Below, one piece after another: positions 31,466 through 42,710 of a DNA stretch of 64,000 bases. Position numbers and translations under genes: made by a program. Origin of the DNA: Chloropicon primus (taxonomy: Eukaryota). The DNA lies in assembly GCA_023205875.1 (NCBI GenBank), contig CP060765.1, positions 62,001 to 126,000 of the forward strand. Reading direction: 5' to 3'. The notes beneath the pieces are model-generated. The model had not been told where the DNA came from and made no database searches. It saw only the letters and a program-made list of their open reading frames with translations. Each line of letters opens with the position of its first letter. Position 1 is the first letter of the stretch.

Positions 31466-32479
31466 ATGAAGCAAGCGGTGAGGCACCAGCACCAGGTGGC
31501 GTCCACGTCGTGCCAGGCGCACCATGGAGTGGCGAAGGCGAGGAGGGGGCAAACCAGCCGCCTGAGGGCCTCCGTCTCGGCGTCGAGGAGGCCAGGAGTC
31601 GAGGGGGGTGCCGTGCTTTGCAGGGCGACGGAGGAGCCGAAGAGCGAGGACGTGTCCTTGGACGAGAACATGTCCTTCGACGAGAACATTAATCCGTTCT
31701 GCTCGTTGGACGACACGGGGAAGCCGGTGAAGAAGAAGAAGACTCTGGGAGAGATGGAACAGGAGTACCTGGACGCCTTGAGGCAGTTCTACTTGAGCGA
31801 CAACCCGAGCCTGAGCGACGAGGAGTTCGACGTGCTCAAGGACGAGCTTCTTTGGGAGGGTTCGACCGTGGTGACGATGACCAAGGAGGAGCAGATGTTC
31901 CTGGAGGCGACCAAGGCGTACTCCATGGGCAAGCCCGTCCTGAGCGACGAGGAGTTCAACGAGCTCAAGCTCAAGCTCAAGACGCAGGGTTCGACGCTCG
32001 CGATTGGGGGGCCGAGGTGCAGCATCAGATCCCGCAGGGTGTACTCGGACATGGGGGTGGACTACTTCAGATTGACCCTCCTGAACATCCCGGGCGTTGG
32101 CATCTCCCTGAGCCTTCTGTTCGTCCTCGACTTCCTCACCGGGTTCAGCATATCCAAGTTCGTGGAGCTCCCGGAGCCCCTCGGGTTCATCGCCGTGTGG
32201 GTCGTCGTCCTCCCCATCCTGTATGTGCTTAGCGACTCCCTGACCAAGGTGGTGCTGAAGGACACCCTGATCCTGAACGGGCAGTGCACCAACTGCGGAG
32301 AGAACCAGGTCTTGTTCTTCGGCAAGGTGCTCGGAATCGACGGGAACGACCCGGTGGCGGACGTCCAGTGCGAGGTTTGCAAGTGCAAGATGACCGCCGA
32401 TAGCGTCAAGAGGGAGCTCATCCAGAAGGAGCTGCCAAAGAAGAAGAAGCCGAAGAAGAAGAAGGCGGTCAAGGCGTGA
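31466..32479 (+). CDS. PGRL1: PGR5-like 1 thylakoid protein
   Basis: FCSLD...TLGEMEQEYLDAL, EEFDVLKDELLWEGS, GPRCSIRS, two TM helices and CxxC pairs (CTNCG, CEVC). Confidence 0.95.
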   Translation: MKQAVRHQHQVASTSCQAHHGVAKARRGQTSRLRASVSASRRPGVEGGAVLCRATEEPKSEDVSLDENMSFDENINPFCSLDDTGKPVKKKKTLGEMEQEYLDALRQFYLSDNPSLSDEEFDVLKDELLWEGSTVVTMTKEEQMFLEATKAYSMGKPVLSDEEFNELKLKLKTQGSTLAIGGPRCSIRSRRVYSDMGVDYFRLTLLNIPGVGISLSLLFVLDFLTGFSISKFVELPEPLGFIAVWVVVLPILYVLSDSLTKVVLKDTLILNGQCTNCGENQVLFFGKVLGIDGNDPVADVQCEVCKCKMTADSVKRELIQKELPKKKKPKKKKAVKA

Positions 32480-32598
32480 AAAGCTTCTCCAGTTCTTCCG
32501 CATTGGAAACTGATCGGGGAAAAAGAAGAAAAAAAAGCGATAAGTATATAAATAGCAAATAGACGGTCCTCCTTGTGTGCTCTCTCGGGAAGACCGCT

Positions 32599-33474
32599 TC
32601 AAGAGGTCTCCCTCTTCATCAGTTCGCTCGCGAGGGACGCCGCGCCCGTCTGCCAGGGGAACTTGAGCTGGGTCAAGGGGAGCTGACGCCTCAGCTTCTT
32701 GAACGTCGTCTCCGCAAAGTCGCTCAGAGACTCTTGCAGGTCCTCCTGGTACTTGAGCTCCTCCAAAGCGATGGACTTGACGACCTCCTTGGCGAGCTCG
32801 TCCTTGCCGCACCTCTGGTCGTTGACGACAAACTCCCTGTTTGACCTGAACTGCACGTTGCCGTTCTCGTAATAGTGCGTGGCCACGTCGCACTTTCCCT
32901 TGAGGCAGAAGGACGACTGGTCCTTCGCGGGGGTCAGGATCCACTCGCTCGTCCATCGCCCGCTCCAGTACCCGCGGGGCTTGTACACGGTGCTGCTGAT
33001 GCAGACCGCGTACTCCTTCCCCCCGCCCCCAACCGAACTGTACACGGCACACGCCCCGAAAGGATAGTTCTCTTTCATGTAAGACTCTTCCAGGCACTTC
33101 TCCAGGGCCTTTCTCGTCTCCTCCGTCGCCTCGTCCCCCTCCAGCCTCTTGCCCTCCTCCCTCGCATCATCCGTCACCTCCCCCTCCTGCTTCAAGTGGT
33201 CGTACCTCACGCATTGCTTGGTCGAGGGATCGTAGTACACACCCGAGTCACTCGTCACTTCGCCGTGCCGTGAGAGCACGAGACTTCTCTCCTCGCCGCC
33301 AAACTTGTACGATGCGAGGGTCATGTTCCTCATGTCATACTGGCGGAGCGTCGCCTTCGCAACCTCCTCCACTTTGGCGTCATCCCCCACGAGGACTTTG
33401 ACATCCTTGAGAACCTCCTTGGTTTGTCCAGGAGGAGCATCCTTCAGCAACTCCTCGATCACCTTCGTCGACAT
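32599..33474 (-). CDS. CAPZA: F-actin capping protein alpha subunit
   Basis: APPGQTKEVLKDV, YWSGRWTSEW, HYYENGNVQ and FKKLRRQLPLT motifs. Confidence 0.92.
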   Translation of the reverse strand: MSTKVIEELLKDAPPGQTKEVLKDVKVLVGDDAKVEEVAKATLRQYDMRNMTLASYKFGGEERSLVLSRHGEVTSDSGVYYDPSTKQCVRYDHLKQEGEVTDDAREEGKRLEGDEATEETRKALEKCLEESYMKENYPFGACAVYSSVGGGGKEYAVCISSTVYKPRGYWSGRWTSEWILTPAKDQSSFCLKGKCDVATHYYENGNVQFRSNREFVVNDQRCGKDELAKEVVKSIALEELKYQEDLQESLSDFAETTFKKLRRQLPLTQLKFPWQTGAASLASELMKRETS

Positions 33475-33847
33475 CTTTCCCGATCAAGTGACACACCAAT
33501 CAAAAGCTCGTGAGAAGACGCTTCTGATGACCTCGCCAGCTTTCGCCCTCTCCCCCGTTCACGGACCTAAACTTCCCGTCGATTGCGATCGACTCCTTGG
33601 ACTCCTTCACCCCTCCCCTCAAGGCTTGCGCTGCCGAGTGTCGGCGGAGAGAGAAGCGCATTGGACCGAGGGGAGAGGCGGTCGAGTCGCGAGGCGTGAC
33701 AGTCGAGAGGCGACGAAGAGTAAGAAGGAGAACAATTCATCGGAAGCGTCTTCTCGCGAGGCTTCCATCGACTCCTCACTCGAAGGGAACGACTCAGAGT
33801 TGAGGAAGCTAGAGGGGAGGGAGTGTGCTGGGCATAGGGCTAGGGCG

Positions 33848-35416
33848 ATGGCGATGGCGTTGGCAGGAGCAGCAGTGAGGGGGGTGGACCTCGATGCGGA
33901 GAGCGTGGAGGTCGTCGTGGTCGATGCAAATGCGGTGATCCACAGCGCGGGCGACTTGGCCAGCATGCTTCCGGCGAAGCTGCGTCAGAAGGCCTTGGAA
34001 GGAAAGCTGAGGCTGATGACGCTGCCTCAGGTGGTGGAGGAGGTGAGGGACAAGAAGTCAAGGGATGCGCTGACGTCGAACTCGGTGCTGGATTTGGTCC
34101 TGAAGGAGCCTACGGAGGAGGCGCAGGAAGCCGTGAGAAGTTTTGCGAGGAAAACGGGTGACGTCCACGTTCTTTCCGGGGTCGATATGTCTCTCATCGC
34201 CCTGGCGTACGACATGGAACGCGAGCTGGTCAAGTCTGTGAGCCACCTGCGTACGTCTCCCCTGTCCTCGATGAACGTGGAGAACACCTCGAGCAGGAAG
34301 AACGCAAAGTATCAGATTGTGATGCCGGGGTGGGATCCGAATGCCAACCACGACGAGGAGTGGGGCTCGAAGCAGGAGGAGGACGCCGGCGAGGCCTCGG
34401 CGGCGCAGAAGAGCAGGATCGTGTACAGCCAGGTGGAGTTTGGCGCCGACGAGGAGGTTCAAGTGTCCGCAGCGCAGGCGCCACTCCAAGTGCGTGAGGC
34501 CGGCCAGGTGGGCTCCCAGAGCAGAGCCAGTGCCGCACTCGGTCCCTCCCCCAGCGGGAGCGAGAAGAGGGAGGAGGAGGCCATCCCGGCCGGTGCCCTG
34601 GAAGGTGTGACGACCAGCGAGGGACCCGAGGAGGAGGACGGTGGGGGCTGGGAGACGGCGAGGAAGAGCAAGAATGCGCAGAGGAAGCAGAAGAGAAAGT
34701 TCTTCAGGAAGCAGAGAATGCAGGACGAGGAGCGGATGGAAGTAGCAACGACGACTGTGGCCCCTGCGCAAGACGCCGCCGCAAAGATTTCCGTGGCAGC
34801 AACAACGGCGACTGCGATTGAGACGGACGACGGCGGTGAGGTGGAGGGGGCCTCGGAGGTGAAGAGCCCCGTGGTGAGCCTCACGGGCGACTTTGCGATG
34901 CAGAACGTGCTGCTCCAGATGGGACTACAGGTTGCTGGGCCCAAGGACGGCATGCTGATCAGGGAGGCGAAGAAGTTCGGACTGAGGTGCCACGCCTGCG
35001 GATACAGCACGGACAACCCCCAGAGTCTCTCGAACGACATCTTCTGCCCAAAGTGCGGGAACATGAACACCCTGGAAAGGTGCCAGATTGTGGTCGACAG
35101 CTTGGGCCAAGTCACTTTTGTGCAGATGGGACGAAAGAAGCAGATGCTCCGAGGAACGCAGTACTCGTTGCCTCAGCCCCAGACGGGCAGGAACGCGAAG
35201 AACCCGATCCTGAGGGAGGACAACCTCAAGATACCCAAGGGCAAGGCCAAGCCGAGGGTCGACGGCTTCACCGAGGCGACTTGGCACCACAGCCTGGAGG
35301 GCATGACGACGGGAAGGCTTGACGACAGGCAGGCAAACTACCTCGAGCAGGTGAAGCAGAGCACAAAGAAAAACCCGAATGCCAGGAAGCTCACCAGGAC
35401 AAACAGAAGAAGGTGA
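33848..35416 (+). CDS. NOB1: 20S pre-rRNA D-site endonuclease NOB1
   Basis: PIN domain VVVDANAVI...V.EEVRD...F.RKTGD..VLS..D, TGDFAMQNVLLQMGL, and zinc ribbon RCHAC...FCPKCGN. Confidence 0.95.
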   Translation: MAMALAGAAVRGVDLDAESVEVVVVDANAVIHSAGDLASMLPAKLRQKALEGKLRLMTLPQVVEEVRDKKSRDALTSNSVLDLVLKEPTEEAQEAVRSFARKTGDVHVLSGVDMSLIALAYDMERELVKSVSHLRTSPLSSMNVENTSSRKNAKYQIVMPGWDPNANHDEEWGSKQEEDAGEASAAQKSRIVYSQVEFGADEEVQVSAAQAPLQVREAGQVGSQSRASAALGPSPSGSEKREEEAIPAGALEGVTTSEGPEEEDGGGWETARKSKNAQRKQKRKFFRKQRMQDEERMEVATTTVAPAQDAAAKISVAATTATAIETDDGGEVEGASEVKSPVVSLTGDFAMQNVLLQMGLQVAGPKDGMLIREAKKFGLRCHACGYSTDNPQSLSNDIFCPKCGNMNTLERCQIVVDSLGQVTFVQMGRKKQMLRGTQYSLPQPQTGRNAKNPILREDNLKIPKGKAKPRVDGFTEATWHHSLEGMTTGRLDDRQANYLEQVKQSTKKNPNARKLTRTNRRR

Positions 35417-35805
35417 TGATGGTGGTGGGGATGACGGTGATGGTGATGAAGCGCACTTCGCTTTTGGTAAGCACGCGCGCGCACCGACACGCTCACCTAT
35501 CATTCAATAAATCATATCTCGCTTTAATAAAACACAAACGCTCGTTAGCAGGCAGAACAAGGACAGATAGAGAGGGAGTAGGGAGAGGGAAAGAGAGATT
35601 AACCTCCATCCGTGCCCACACACACGCACGCGCGCGCACGCACACGCACACACCCGGTCTGGCCTCCCGCCCCGCTCGTCCTCCCATCTTTTGGCCCGTA
35701 ATTCGCTTTCCTTCCCGAATCCCCGCAGTGCACCATACATAAATCGAATGCGACGCGACGGAAAGCCGCGAAGAGGAAAGCGAGAGCGATGGGAGCAGCG
35801 AGGAG

Positions 35806-38286
35806 ATGAAGCGGAGTGCCTCTCGGTGTCGAAGCTATGGCCCAGAATCGCCCCGTGGTTCACAAGAACGTCATCGAGACGGCCGCGTCGTCCTCGTCGA
35901 GCAAACGCCGCACCGGTTTGACGATGGACTTGAACAGGAACAACAACAACGCGGAAACGGAAACCAACGTCGGATCGAGGATCGACTCGATGACCAACCC
36001 ACGAGTCGTCGGCTCGAGGGTCGTCTTGAACCAGTAACCGGCCGCTTGGATCGGCAACCGTCTAGCAGTCGTTCGGAATGGTCCGAGCGTCGAGGAGGGA
36101 TCCATCGTCGAGGAGGGATCCATCGTCGAGGAGGGATCCATCGTCGACTCGATCAGCAGTCGGGACCCGTGCGACGTGGCGGTAGACAACTTGAAGAACA
36201 GCTCAGAGATGGTGATCTCGATGAAGTGTATCCGTATCCGAGGAATCCTTCTGCGATTGTTTGCAGGTATTGGCAGCAGTTTGGAGAGTGCAGGTACAAG
36301 GCGCGATGCTATTTCGATCATCCTCCCTCCGAACAGGGTTCTCGTTCTGCCAGGTGTCAGAGCATGATAGAGGAGTCAAAGAGCAGTGAACTTAAGAGAG
36401 AGAAGGTGAACGGAGCTCCCCCTTCAGCTGCACCTGCACCTGCTCCTGCTCCTGCCCCTGCTCCTGCTCCTGCCCCGGTGAAGAAGAGGGGAATTCCGTC
36501 GAAAGAGGAAGAGAAGGAAGGGGCCAGTGAGCCAAAGCGGGCGAAGGTGAATGCCCCCCTCCCGTCTGCCTCTGGCACCACCTCTGCTCTTGACCCTGTG
36601 TCTATGAAGGAGTTGAACTTCAACCTCTTGCTCAAACTTGCGCCGCGCGTGTTCCGCGATCAGGAGTCGCTTACTTTTAGTGACGCAATAATATCGTTCA
36701 ACGACTGTGCAACGGAGAAGGAGAACCCTCTCGCCAAGTGTGTGAGAGATGCCTTTGAGGGCACCAGGCAAAAAGGTTTGAACATCTCGTCATCAGATGC
36801 CTTTCAAGGAAAGGACTTTGAAAATTCCTGCATGGTGTACCTGCAACTGAGCTCTGGATGTGCTAAGCCATCCGTCATGATCAGATTAGGCGGTATGTTC
36901 CCAAGGGACAACAGCAACTTCAAAAGCCTCGCCAATTTTTGTTCTACAGGCAAAACGGTGCCCGTCATTGATTTTGAGGACAGCTGGGGAGAACCATGCC
37001 GTGCTCAACTCGGTGGAAAGAGATTGTACCTGTGTGCCTTTCCGAATGCAGATTGCTTTTATGGTTGGTTTGCTCACCCCCGGGTGATTGAACACGTGAA
37101 AGAAACGCTTAACAACAGGAGCCTCGCTTATGTTTTTGACCTGGACCAAACTTTGGTTCAGGGGCACACACATCAGTCGATGTGCAAGTACTTGGAGGAG
37201 AAAAAGGAGGAGAAGAGCTCAGAGGGCATGGGCTTGTGCAAGAGGTACCTCGAGACTTGGCGCCCGTGCCTGGACCAATACAGGAAAGGTTTCTGGATCA
37301 GGCACTCCTTCCTGGGTGGTTTGCGGCAGCCTGAGACCCAAATGGTTCAAATGAGCACGGGCAGGAACGCAGAAAGGCAGGTCATTGAGCACAAGTTGCA
37401 AAATGTTGGGAGCGACAGAGACAAAGACAGGGGTCGAATTGCTTTCACTTGCATCGAACCGTGCGATCGATCGACAGCCATGGTGCTGTTCATCCGCCCG
37501 GGATGGGATAGGGTCGCGAGATTCCTGCAGAGGGGAAACGGGCGCAAGAACGCCATGGTTTATGTCAGTACAAAAGGCCAAAAAGAGTATGCCTGGGAGG
37601 TGTGGAGGCTACTGGATAAGAAAGGTGACCTGATACCCAGGAGCGACTTTGGGAGAAAGATAGAGAGCGGGAGCTCCCAGCGAAAGTCTCTGGCATCGGC
37701 TATCTTCGGGGACCCGAACCTCGTGAACCTGAACGAAAGACTTCCATTCGCTATAGCCATCGACGATAGGGTCGACGTGTGGAAGGCTGGAGAGGAAGTT
37801 TACAATATTCGGGACTACACACCGCACTTTCACCTCAAGATGCACAAGGACGTCCTCAAGACGCCTGCGTACGTGAACGATCCCCTGCCCAGCAGCGGGG
37901 ACTCCCGGGCACTCGATCAGTTCACACGCATCATGGAGGTGGCGGAGAGCACAGTCTGGTCCCAAGTAAAGGACCTGGAGGGGAGGGCGAAGAGGCTCAT
38001 GAATGAAAACATGGTCGCGTTCTCGGATTTCCGGGACAGTCTCCCTCACCTTCCCTCCATCATGAAGAAAACCTACAAGGAGGACACCGAATTTCAAGAG
38101 AAGCTCGGGAAGATTATGTCCGACCTGAAACCAGCCTTGTCGTCTCTGAAGCGCTTGGGTCCAAAGAAAACCGCGGCCTTGGAGAGAATAAAAGTCTTCC
38201 TGTCCTCCAAAGGGTGCCACCTGGGTGCGATGGAGGACACAAAAGCCCTCGCTGAGGTCTTTGAGGGGATGCTGAAAGGGATTTAG
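35806..38286 (+). CDS. CCCH zinc finger plus CPL1/CPL2-type RNA polymerase II CTD phosphatase-like domain
   Basis: CRYWQQFGECRYKARCYFDH, VFDLDQTLV (DxDxT), IRPGWD...VYVSTKGQKEYAWEVWRLLD and AIDDRVDVW. Start codon uncertain. Confidence 0.75.
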   Translation: MKRSASRCRSYGPESPRGSQERHRDGRVVLVEQTPHRFDDGLEQEQQQRGNGNQRRIEDRLDDQPTSRRLEGRLEPVTGRLDRQPSSSRSEWSERRGGIHRRGGIHRRGGIHRRLDQQSGPVRRGGRQLEEQLRDGDLDEVYPYPRNPSAIVCRYWQQFGECRYKARCYFDHPPSEQGSRSARCQSMIEESKSSELKREKVNGAPPSAAPAPAPAPAPAPAPAPVKKRGIPSKEEEKEGASEPKRAKVNAPLPSASGTTSALDPVSMKELNFNLLLKLAPRVFRDQESLTFSDAIISFNDCATEKENPLAKCVRDAFEGTRQKGLNISSSDAFQGKDFENSCMVYLQLSSGCAKPSVMIRLGGMFPRDNSNFKSLANFCSTGKTVPVIDFEDSWGEPCRAQLGGKRLYLCAFPNADCFYGWFAHPRVIEHVKETLNNRSLAYVFDLDQTLVQGHTHQSMCKYLEEKKEEKSSEGMGLCKRYLETWRPCLDQYRKGFWIRHSFLGGLRQPETQMVQMSTGRNAERQVIEHKLQNVGSDRDKDRGRIAFTCIEPCDRSTAMVLFIRPGWDRVARFLQRGNGRKNAMVYVSTKGQKEYAWEVWRLLDKKGDLIPRSDFGRKIESGSSQRKSLASAIFGDPNLVNLNERLPFAIAIDDRVDVWKAGEEVYNIRDYTPHFHLKMHKDVLKTPAYVNDPLPSSGDSRALDQFTRIMEVAESTVWSQVKDLEGRAKRLMNENMVAFSDFRDSLPHLPSIMKKTYKEDTEFQEKLGKIMSDLKPALSSLKRLGPKKTAALERIKVFLSSKGCHLGAMEDTKALAEVFEGMLKGI
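36088..36147. repeat. In-frame 18-bp tandem repeat x3.3 (RRGGIH)
   Basis: CGTCGAGGAGGGATCCAT repeated. Confidence 0.9.
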
Positions 38287-38598
38287 TGAAAGGGATTTAG
38301 CCCCCGCAGCTCGGCAACTTGTCATAATACACACTGTAACACAAACACATACATACATGCATGAATAGGAACAGTGCAGAACCGCCTGTCGCGTCCTCGT
38401 CCTCTCGAAGCCAAGCCACCTTCCTCCCACACACCAAGAAAAGGATGATGGGGTGTGAGGTGGAGACAATCACCCATCACAGAACCTTGATGAACCTTTC
38501 ATCTTGCCGCCTGTCCCAACCCACCCTCCATTCCCTCCCATGGCCTTCCGACCACACATCCACCCCCAGCAGCATCTGATCTCCGCGCCAGGGAGGCG

Positions 38599-40503
38599 AT
38601 GGCGGGGGCCAAGGAGGAGGAGGAGGCCATGGCGACCAAGGGAGGCGCCATGGAAGGTGTTGGATTCCGACAGATGGTTCCCCTTCTCCTCGTCCAGTTC
38701 TCTCAAGCCGTCCAGGTAACGAAGGCCTCTTCTGTCGCTCAACCGAAGGCGGCTTCTCCATTCCGCTTTGTGCCAGCATGGTCTGCAAGTTTTATCTGAC
38801 AAGCCATACTCTTCTTTTCTCTTGCGTCGACATCGGCATCGGCATAACGACGGCAGGTGATGATGCTCTTCCCACTGCTTGTGTTCATGGTGGAGTTCTA
38901 CGGCGTAGCGGGGGACGATCCCAAGCTCCTTGGAACGTACACAGGCGTCCTGGCATCCATGTTCCCTCTGTCCATGTTCATCACGTCGTTTTTCTGGGGA
39001 TGGTTGAGCGATAGGATAGGGAGGAAGCCGGTGACACTCATAGGAGGACTCAGCATCGGTATTGGATCTGTGCTGTTGGGTTTCACGACGGACTATTACA
39101 TGGCACTGACGATACGAATAGTGACGGGACTCTTTAACAACATCACCAGCATGCTCAAGTGTATGATATCAGAGATGTCCGGGAAGCATTTGGCCAAGGG
39201 GATGGCGTACTTCAGTGTAGCTTGGACGACAGGGACTCTGATTGGACCTTCACTGGCTGGCATTCTCGCCATGCCGTGCCAGCAGTACGGCCATAGGTTT
39301 CCGACCTGCGAGCACGAGGATGCCTTCCTGAACCGGTTCCCCTTCTTCCTGTCCTTCTTCTTCTTCGGGGTGTTCACCCTCTGCTCAGCGATCTATGCTG
39401 CTCTGGTGGTACCTGAGACTCTGAAGAACAAGAAGCCACTGGGACTGAACAAGGGCTTGAGGAGGGTGCTCACGTTCAGATCAAGCGCGGGCGCGCTTCG
39501 CGGTGCCGATGGCAGCAGCCCGAAGCGAACGTACGAGGACGTCAAGTACGAGCACCTTGAGGATCCAAAGGGGAAGGAGGGGTTGGAGCTGACTGAGGTG
39601 ATGAGCGGGAACGGGAACGGGAACGGGATGGACAACGGGCACCGTTACGAAGAGGGACGGGAGGTTTCAGATGAGGATGAGGACCAAGGGCTGTTGTCTT
39701 CTTCCGCAAAATCGGCAGGTGCGAACGAGGAAAGTTGGTTCAGGAACAGGGATGTCCAGCTTGCGTGCTTCCTTTACGGAATGGTTGCTTTGTTCTACGT
39801 CGCGTTCGAGGAGCTCTTTCCCCTTTTTGGATCTGCGAGGGTCGAGAACGGAGGCCTCTCCCTGGCCAGCAAAGATGTCGGAATTTTCATGAGCATCGGC
39901 GGAGGTGAGTGGAGTCGTCCCTTGCGCGCGTGCACTTGTCCACCTTGATTCTTCTTCTGACTTCATCGCTTGCTTTGCCCAGGGTTCACGATACCGTATT
40001 CTCTTTTGCTCTTTCCCCGGCTGGTCAAGGCGAAGGGAACGCTCTGGCTGGTCAAGTTTGGATCCATCACTTGCATGGTTTTGGCGGTGTTCACGCCCTT
40101 TATGAGGCTGCTGGCAACCCAGGTGGACCACCCCGATGAGGACAACCAGATCAACAGGAGCGGTCTTGGCGATATGAGCCCCCTTCTCTGGGTCGTGATG
40201 ACTGTTCACGCCATCCTCATCCACGTCACGGGTACAAACTGTTTTGCCTCCATTATCATAGTCGTGAATATGGCGTCCCCAAAGGCCCACTTTGGCGCGG
40301 TGAATTCGTATGGCCAGGCACTCGCCTCCCTCATGCGAGTGATCGGTCCGGGATCCGTTGGTCTTCTGTGGACACTGTGCGGCAGGATAAAGGGGAGCAC
40401 CATGCTCCAAGTCAGCTTGCCTTTTGTTTTCTGTGGCCTCACTGCTCTCGCTATGTTTGTTCTCGCCCTGGTGGCGCCAAAGCATCTGGACTCAAGGACT
40501 TAG
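38599..40503 (+). CDS. ZIFL/TPO-like MFS transporter; exons 38599-38715, 38857-39904, 39983-40503
   Basis: WGWLSDRIGRKPV (MFS motif A), GTLIGPSLAGILA and FGAVNS..QALASLMRVIGP. Both introns are in phase. Confidence 0.88.
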
Positions 40504-40846
40504 CGGCCCAGCTTTGTTTGTAATGTAACTCTTCTGTTTGATACCGCTCACCTGTGCCATGAAACCACCCCGTGGGCTCCAACGCATCTGATCCAGCTGG
40601 ACTGGATGCATTGCTCTTGCTGGCTGACTCCTCAGGCCACCAAGAGAGAGAGAGAGAGAAGAGAGAGAGAACCAAGGATGATGGAAAAGACTGATTGCGT
40701 GGCTCCCTCCCACCACCACCATCCCCACCATCCTCACCATCCTCTTCTTTCTGTCTCTCCCTGGTTGGCTCTGATCCAGCTGGACTGGATGGCATTGCTG
40801 ACTCCTCGAGCGAGGAGCTTCATCAAAGGCCGAGTGAGGGGGGGAG

Positions 40847-42538
40847 ATGGAACCCCGTGGCCAAAGAAGGAAGAGCGGGAACATGGAGGGCGGGGGGAGC
40901 AACAGACCCCTGCTGAGCTCCAACACTCACTCCCCGAGCAACAGTTATGGAGGTGAACCCTCGCCTCAAGCCGGTGAGGGAGACAAGCGCGCCGCGACGG
41001 CAACGTGGGCAAGGAAAATCGCCAGCAAACCTCACAATATGTTGATATTCTTCACCATGGCAAACGTTTTGCTTTACCTAGATCGCGGAGCCATCGCCTC
41101 GGCTGGCGTGAATGGTTCCCTCGACACGAGGACGTGCGTTCCCGTGAACTTGTGCGGCCTCGAGGTGAGCAACGGGACGTGTTACGCTTTGCCAAACTCT
41201 CCTCCGGAGACCAAGTGCACGATGCAGGGATCCCCGCGTCATGGGTTTCAGGGAGATTTTGATCTGAACGGAGCCCAAGACGGTTGGCTGCAGAGCATGT
41301 TCCTCGTGGGCCTTCTCGTCGCATCGCCGTGCTTTGCGTTTGCGGCGAAGACCAAGGACAACATCCGGCTCTGTGGGTTGGGCTTGGTGCTTTGGAGTGT
41401 GGCTGTGTTGTGCTGTGGTTTCACGTTTGACTTTTGGTCCCTGGCACTCTGCAGGACGTTTGTTGGGATCGGAGAGGCGGCCCTGATCACCATTGTTCCG
41501 AACTTCATTGACACTTGCGCCCCGCCCACGCAGAAGACAAAGTGGCTGGCTGTCTTTTGTGTCGCGATACCGTCGGGCACGGCGTTGGGCTATGCTTACG
41601 GTGGACTGGTGGCGTACCTCCTTCACTGGAGGTTCGCCTTTTTCATCGAGGGGGCGATGATGATGCCCCTGATGGCCTTTGCGTTCCTGGTCCCCATATC
41701 GAGCTTGGACTACTGGCCAAAGCACAAGGGGGTAGGGGCGGTTGCTGCCGCCCAGAACGAGGGCGGCTTCAAAAGTTTCATCAGCGGCTTGGGAATCGCG
41801 CTGAGGGACATGAGGCTCATCCTTTCCAACAAGGTCTACGTCCTTGGCGCCGTGGGGTACTGCATGTACTCCGCGATGATGGGTGTGTACGCGTACTGGG
41901 GCCCCAAGGCCGGGCAGGCCATGTACCCCGACGTGGAGAAGTACGGGTCGGCCGACACTGTGTTTGGCCTGGTGACTGTTATCGCTGGCATCATTGGGAC
42001 CATGCTGGGCGGCTTCCTGCTTGACAAGGCCGGAGTCTCTGTCGCTGCGTCCCTGCTGCTTTGCGCGGTGATGACGCTCCTGGGGTGCATCAGCTTGCTC
42101 GCCACCCTCTTTTTCAGCCACACGGTGGAGTCCTTCATCCTCGCCATGACGCTTGGGCTCATACTGATCTTTTCGATCCAGGGGCCCATCAACATTGTCG
42201 CGATGTGGACGACCCCCTACATCCTTCGCCCGTTCGCCTGCGCCCTGTACACCGTGTCCATCCACGTCTTCGGAGACGTCCCGAGCGCACCTATTGCGGG
42301 CATGGTCCACGACAGGCTGTACAATACATACAACAAGACTAAGGACAAGGCCCTGAGCGACGACCTGGCGTGGAGACGCACGCTGGAGCTGGCCACTTGG
42401 GTCGGCGTCCTCTCCATCATCTTCTGGATGATTGGATTCCTCGTTCAGCTGTGCTTTGGGAAGAAGCTGGACCCCGAGGAGGAGGAGGAACAGGAAGGCC
42501 GCTACGAGAGTTTGGGAGGGGATTCGAATGGCGTGTGA
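40847..42538 (+). CDS. Spinster-like MFS (sphingolipid) transporter
   Basis: LLYLDRGAIASAGVNG, RTFVGIGEAA, PSGTALGYAYGG and IHVFGDVPS motifs. Confidence 0.9.
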   Translation: MEPRGQRRKSGNMEGGGSNRPLLSSNTHSPSNSYGGEPSPQAGEGDKRAATATWARKIASKPHNMLIFFTMANVLLYLDRGAIASAGVNGSLDTRTCVPVNLCGLEVSNGTCYALPNSPPETKCTMQGSPRHGFQGDFDLNGAQDGWLQSMFLVGLLVASPCFAFAAKTKDNIRLCGLGLVLWSVAVLCCGFTFDFWSLALCRTFVGIGEAALITIVPNFIDTCAPPTQKTKWLAVFCVAIPSGTALGYAYGGLVAYLLHWRFAFFIEGAMMMPLMAFAFLVPISSLDYWPKHKGVGAVAAAQNEGGFKSFISGLGIALRDMRLILSNKVYVLGAVGYCMYSAMMGVYAYWGPKAGQAMYPDVEKYGSADTVFGLVTVIAGIIGTMLGGFLLDKAGVSVAASLLLCAVMTLLGCISLLATLFFSHTVESFILAMTLGLILIFSIQGPINIVAMWTTPYILRPFACALYTVSIHVFGDVPSAPIAGMVHDRLYNTYNKTKDKALSDDLAWRRTLELATWVGVLSIIFWMIGFLVQLCFGKKLDPEEEEEQEGRYESLGGDSNGV

Positions 42539-42710
42539 GCGAGGAGAGGAGAGGAAAGGAGGCTGCAAATGAATTTTATTTTGTATGTAAAAAGATTCAG
42601 AAAACACTAGATGAATCAAAACAAGAAAAAGCGGACTGGGAACGGTCCTCGTGGACTCGAAAAGGAAACACTTGGTGGGTCACACCTGTGGCGTGGCAGC
42701 AGGAAGAGTC

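Noticed and set aside
33305..33847. N-terminal extension of the NOB1 ORF overlapping CAPZA
   Set aside because: It starts at a non-ATG codon and crosses the divergent promoter. Homology begins after the ATG at 33848.
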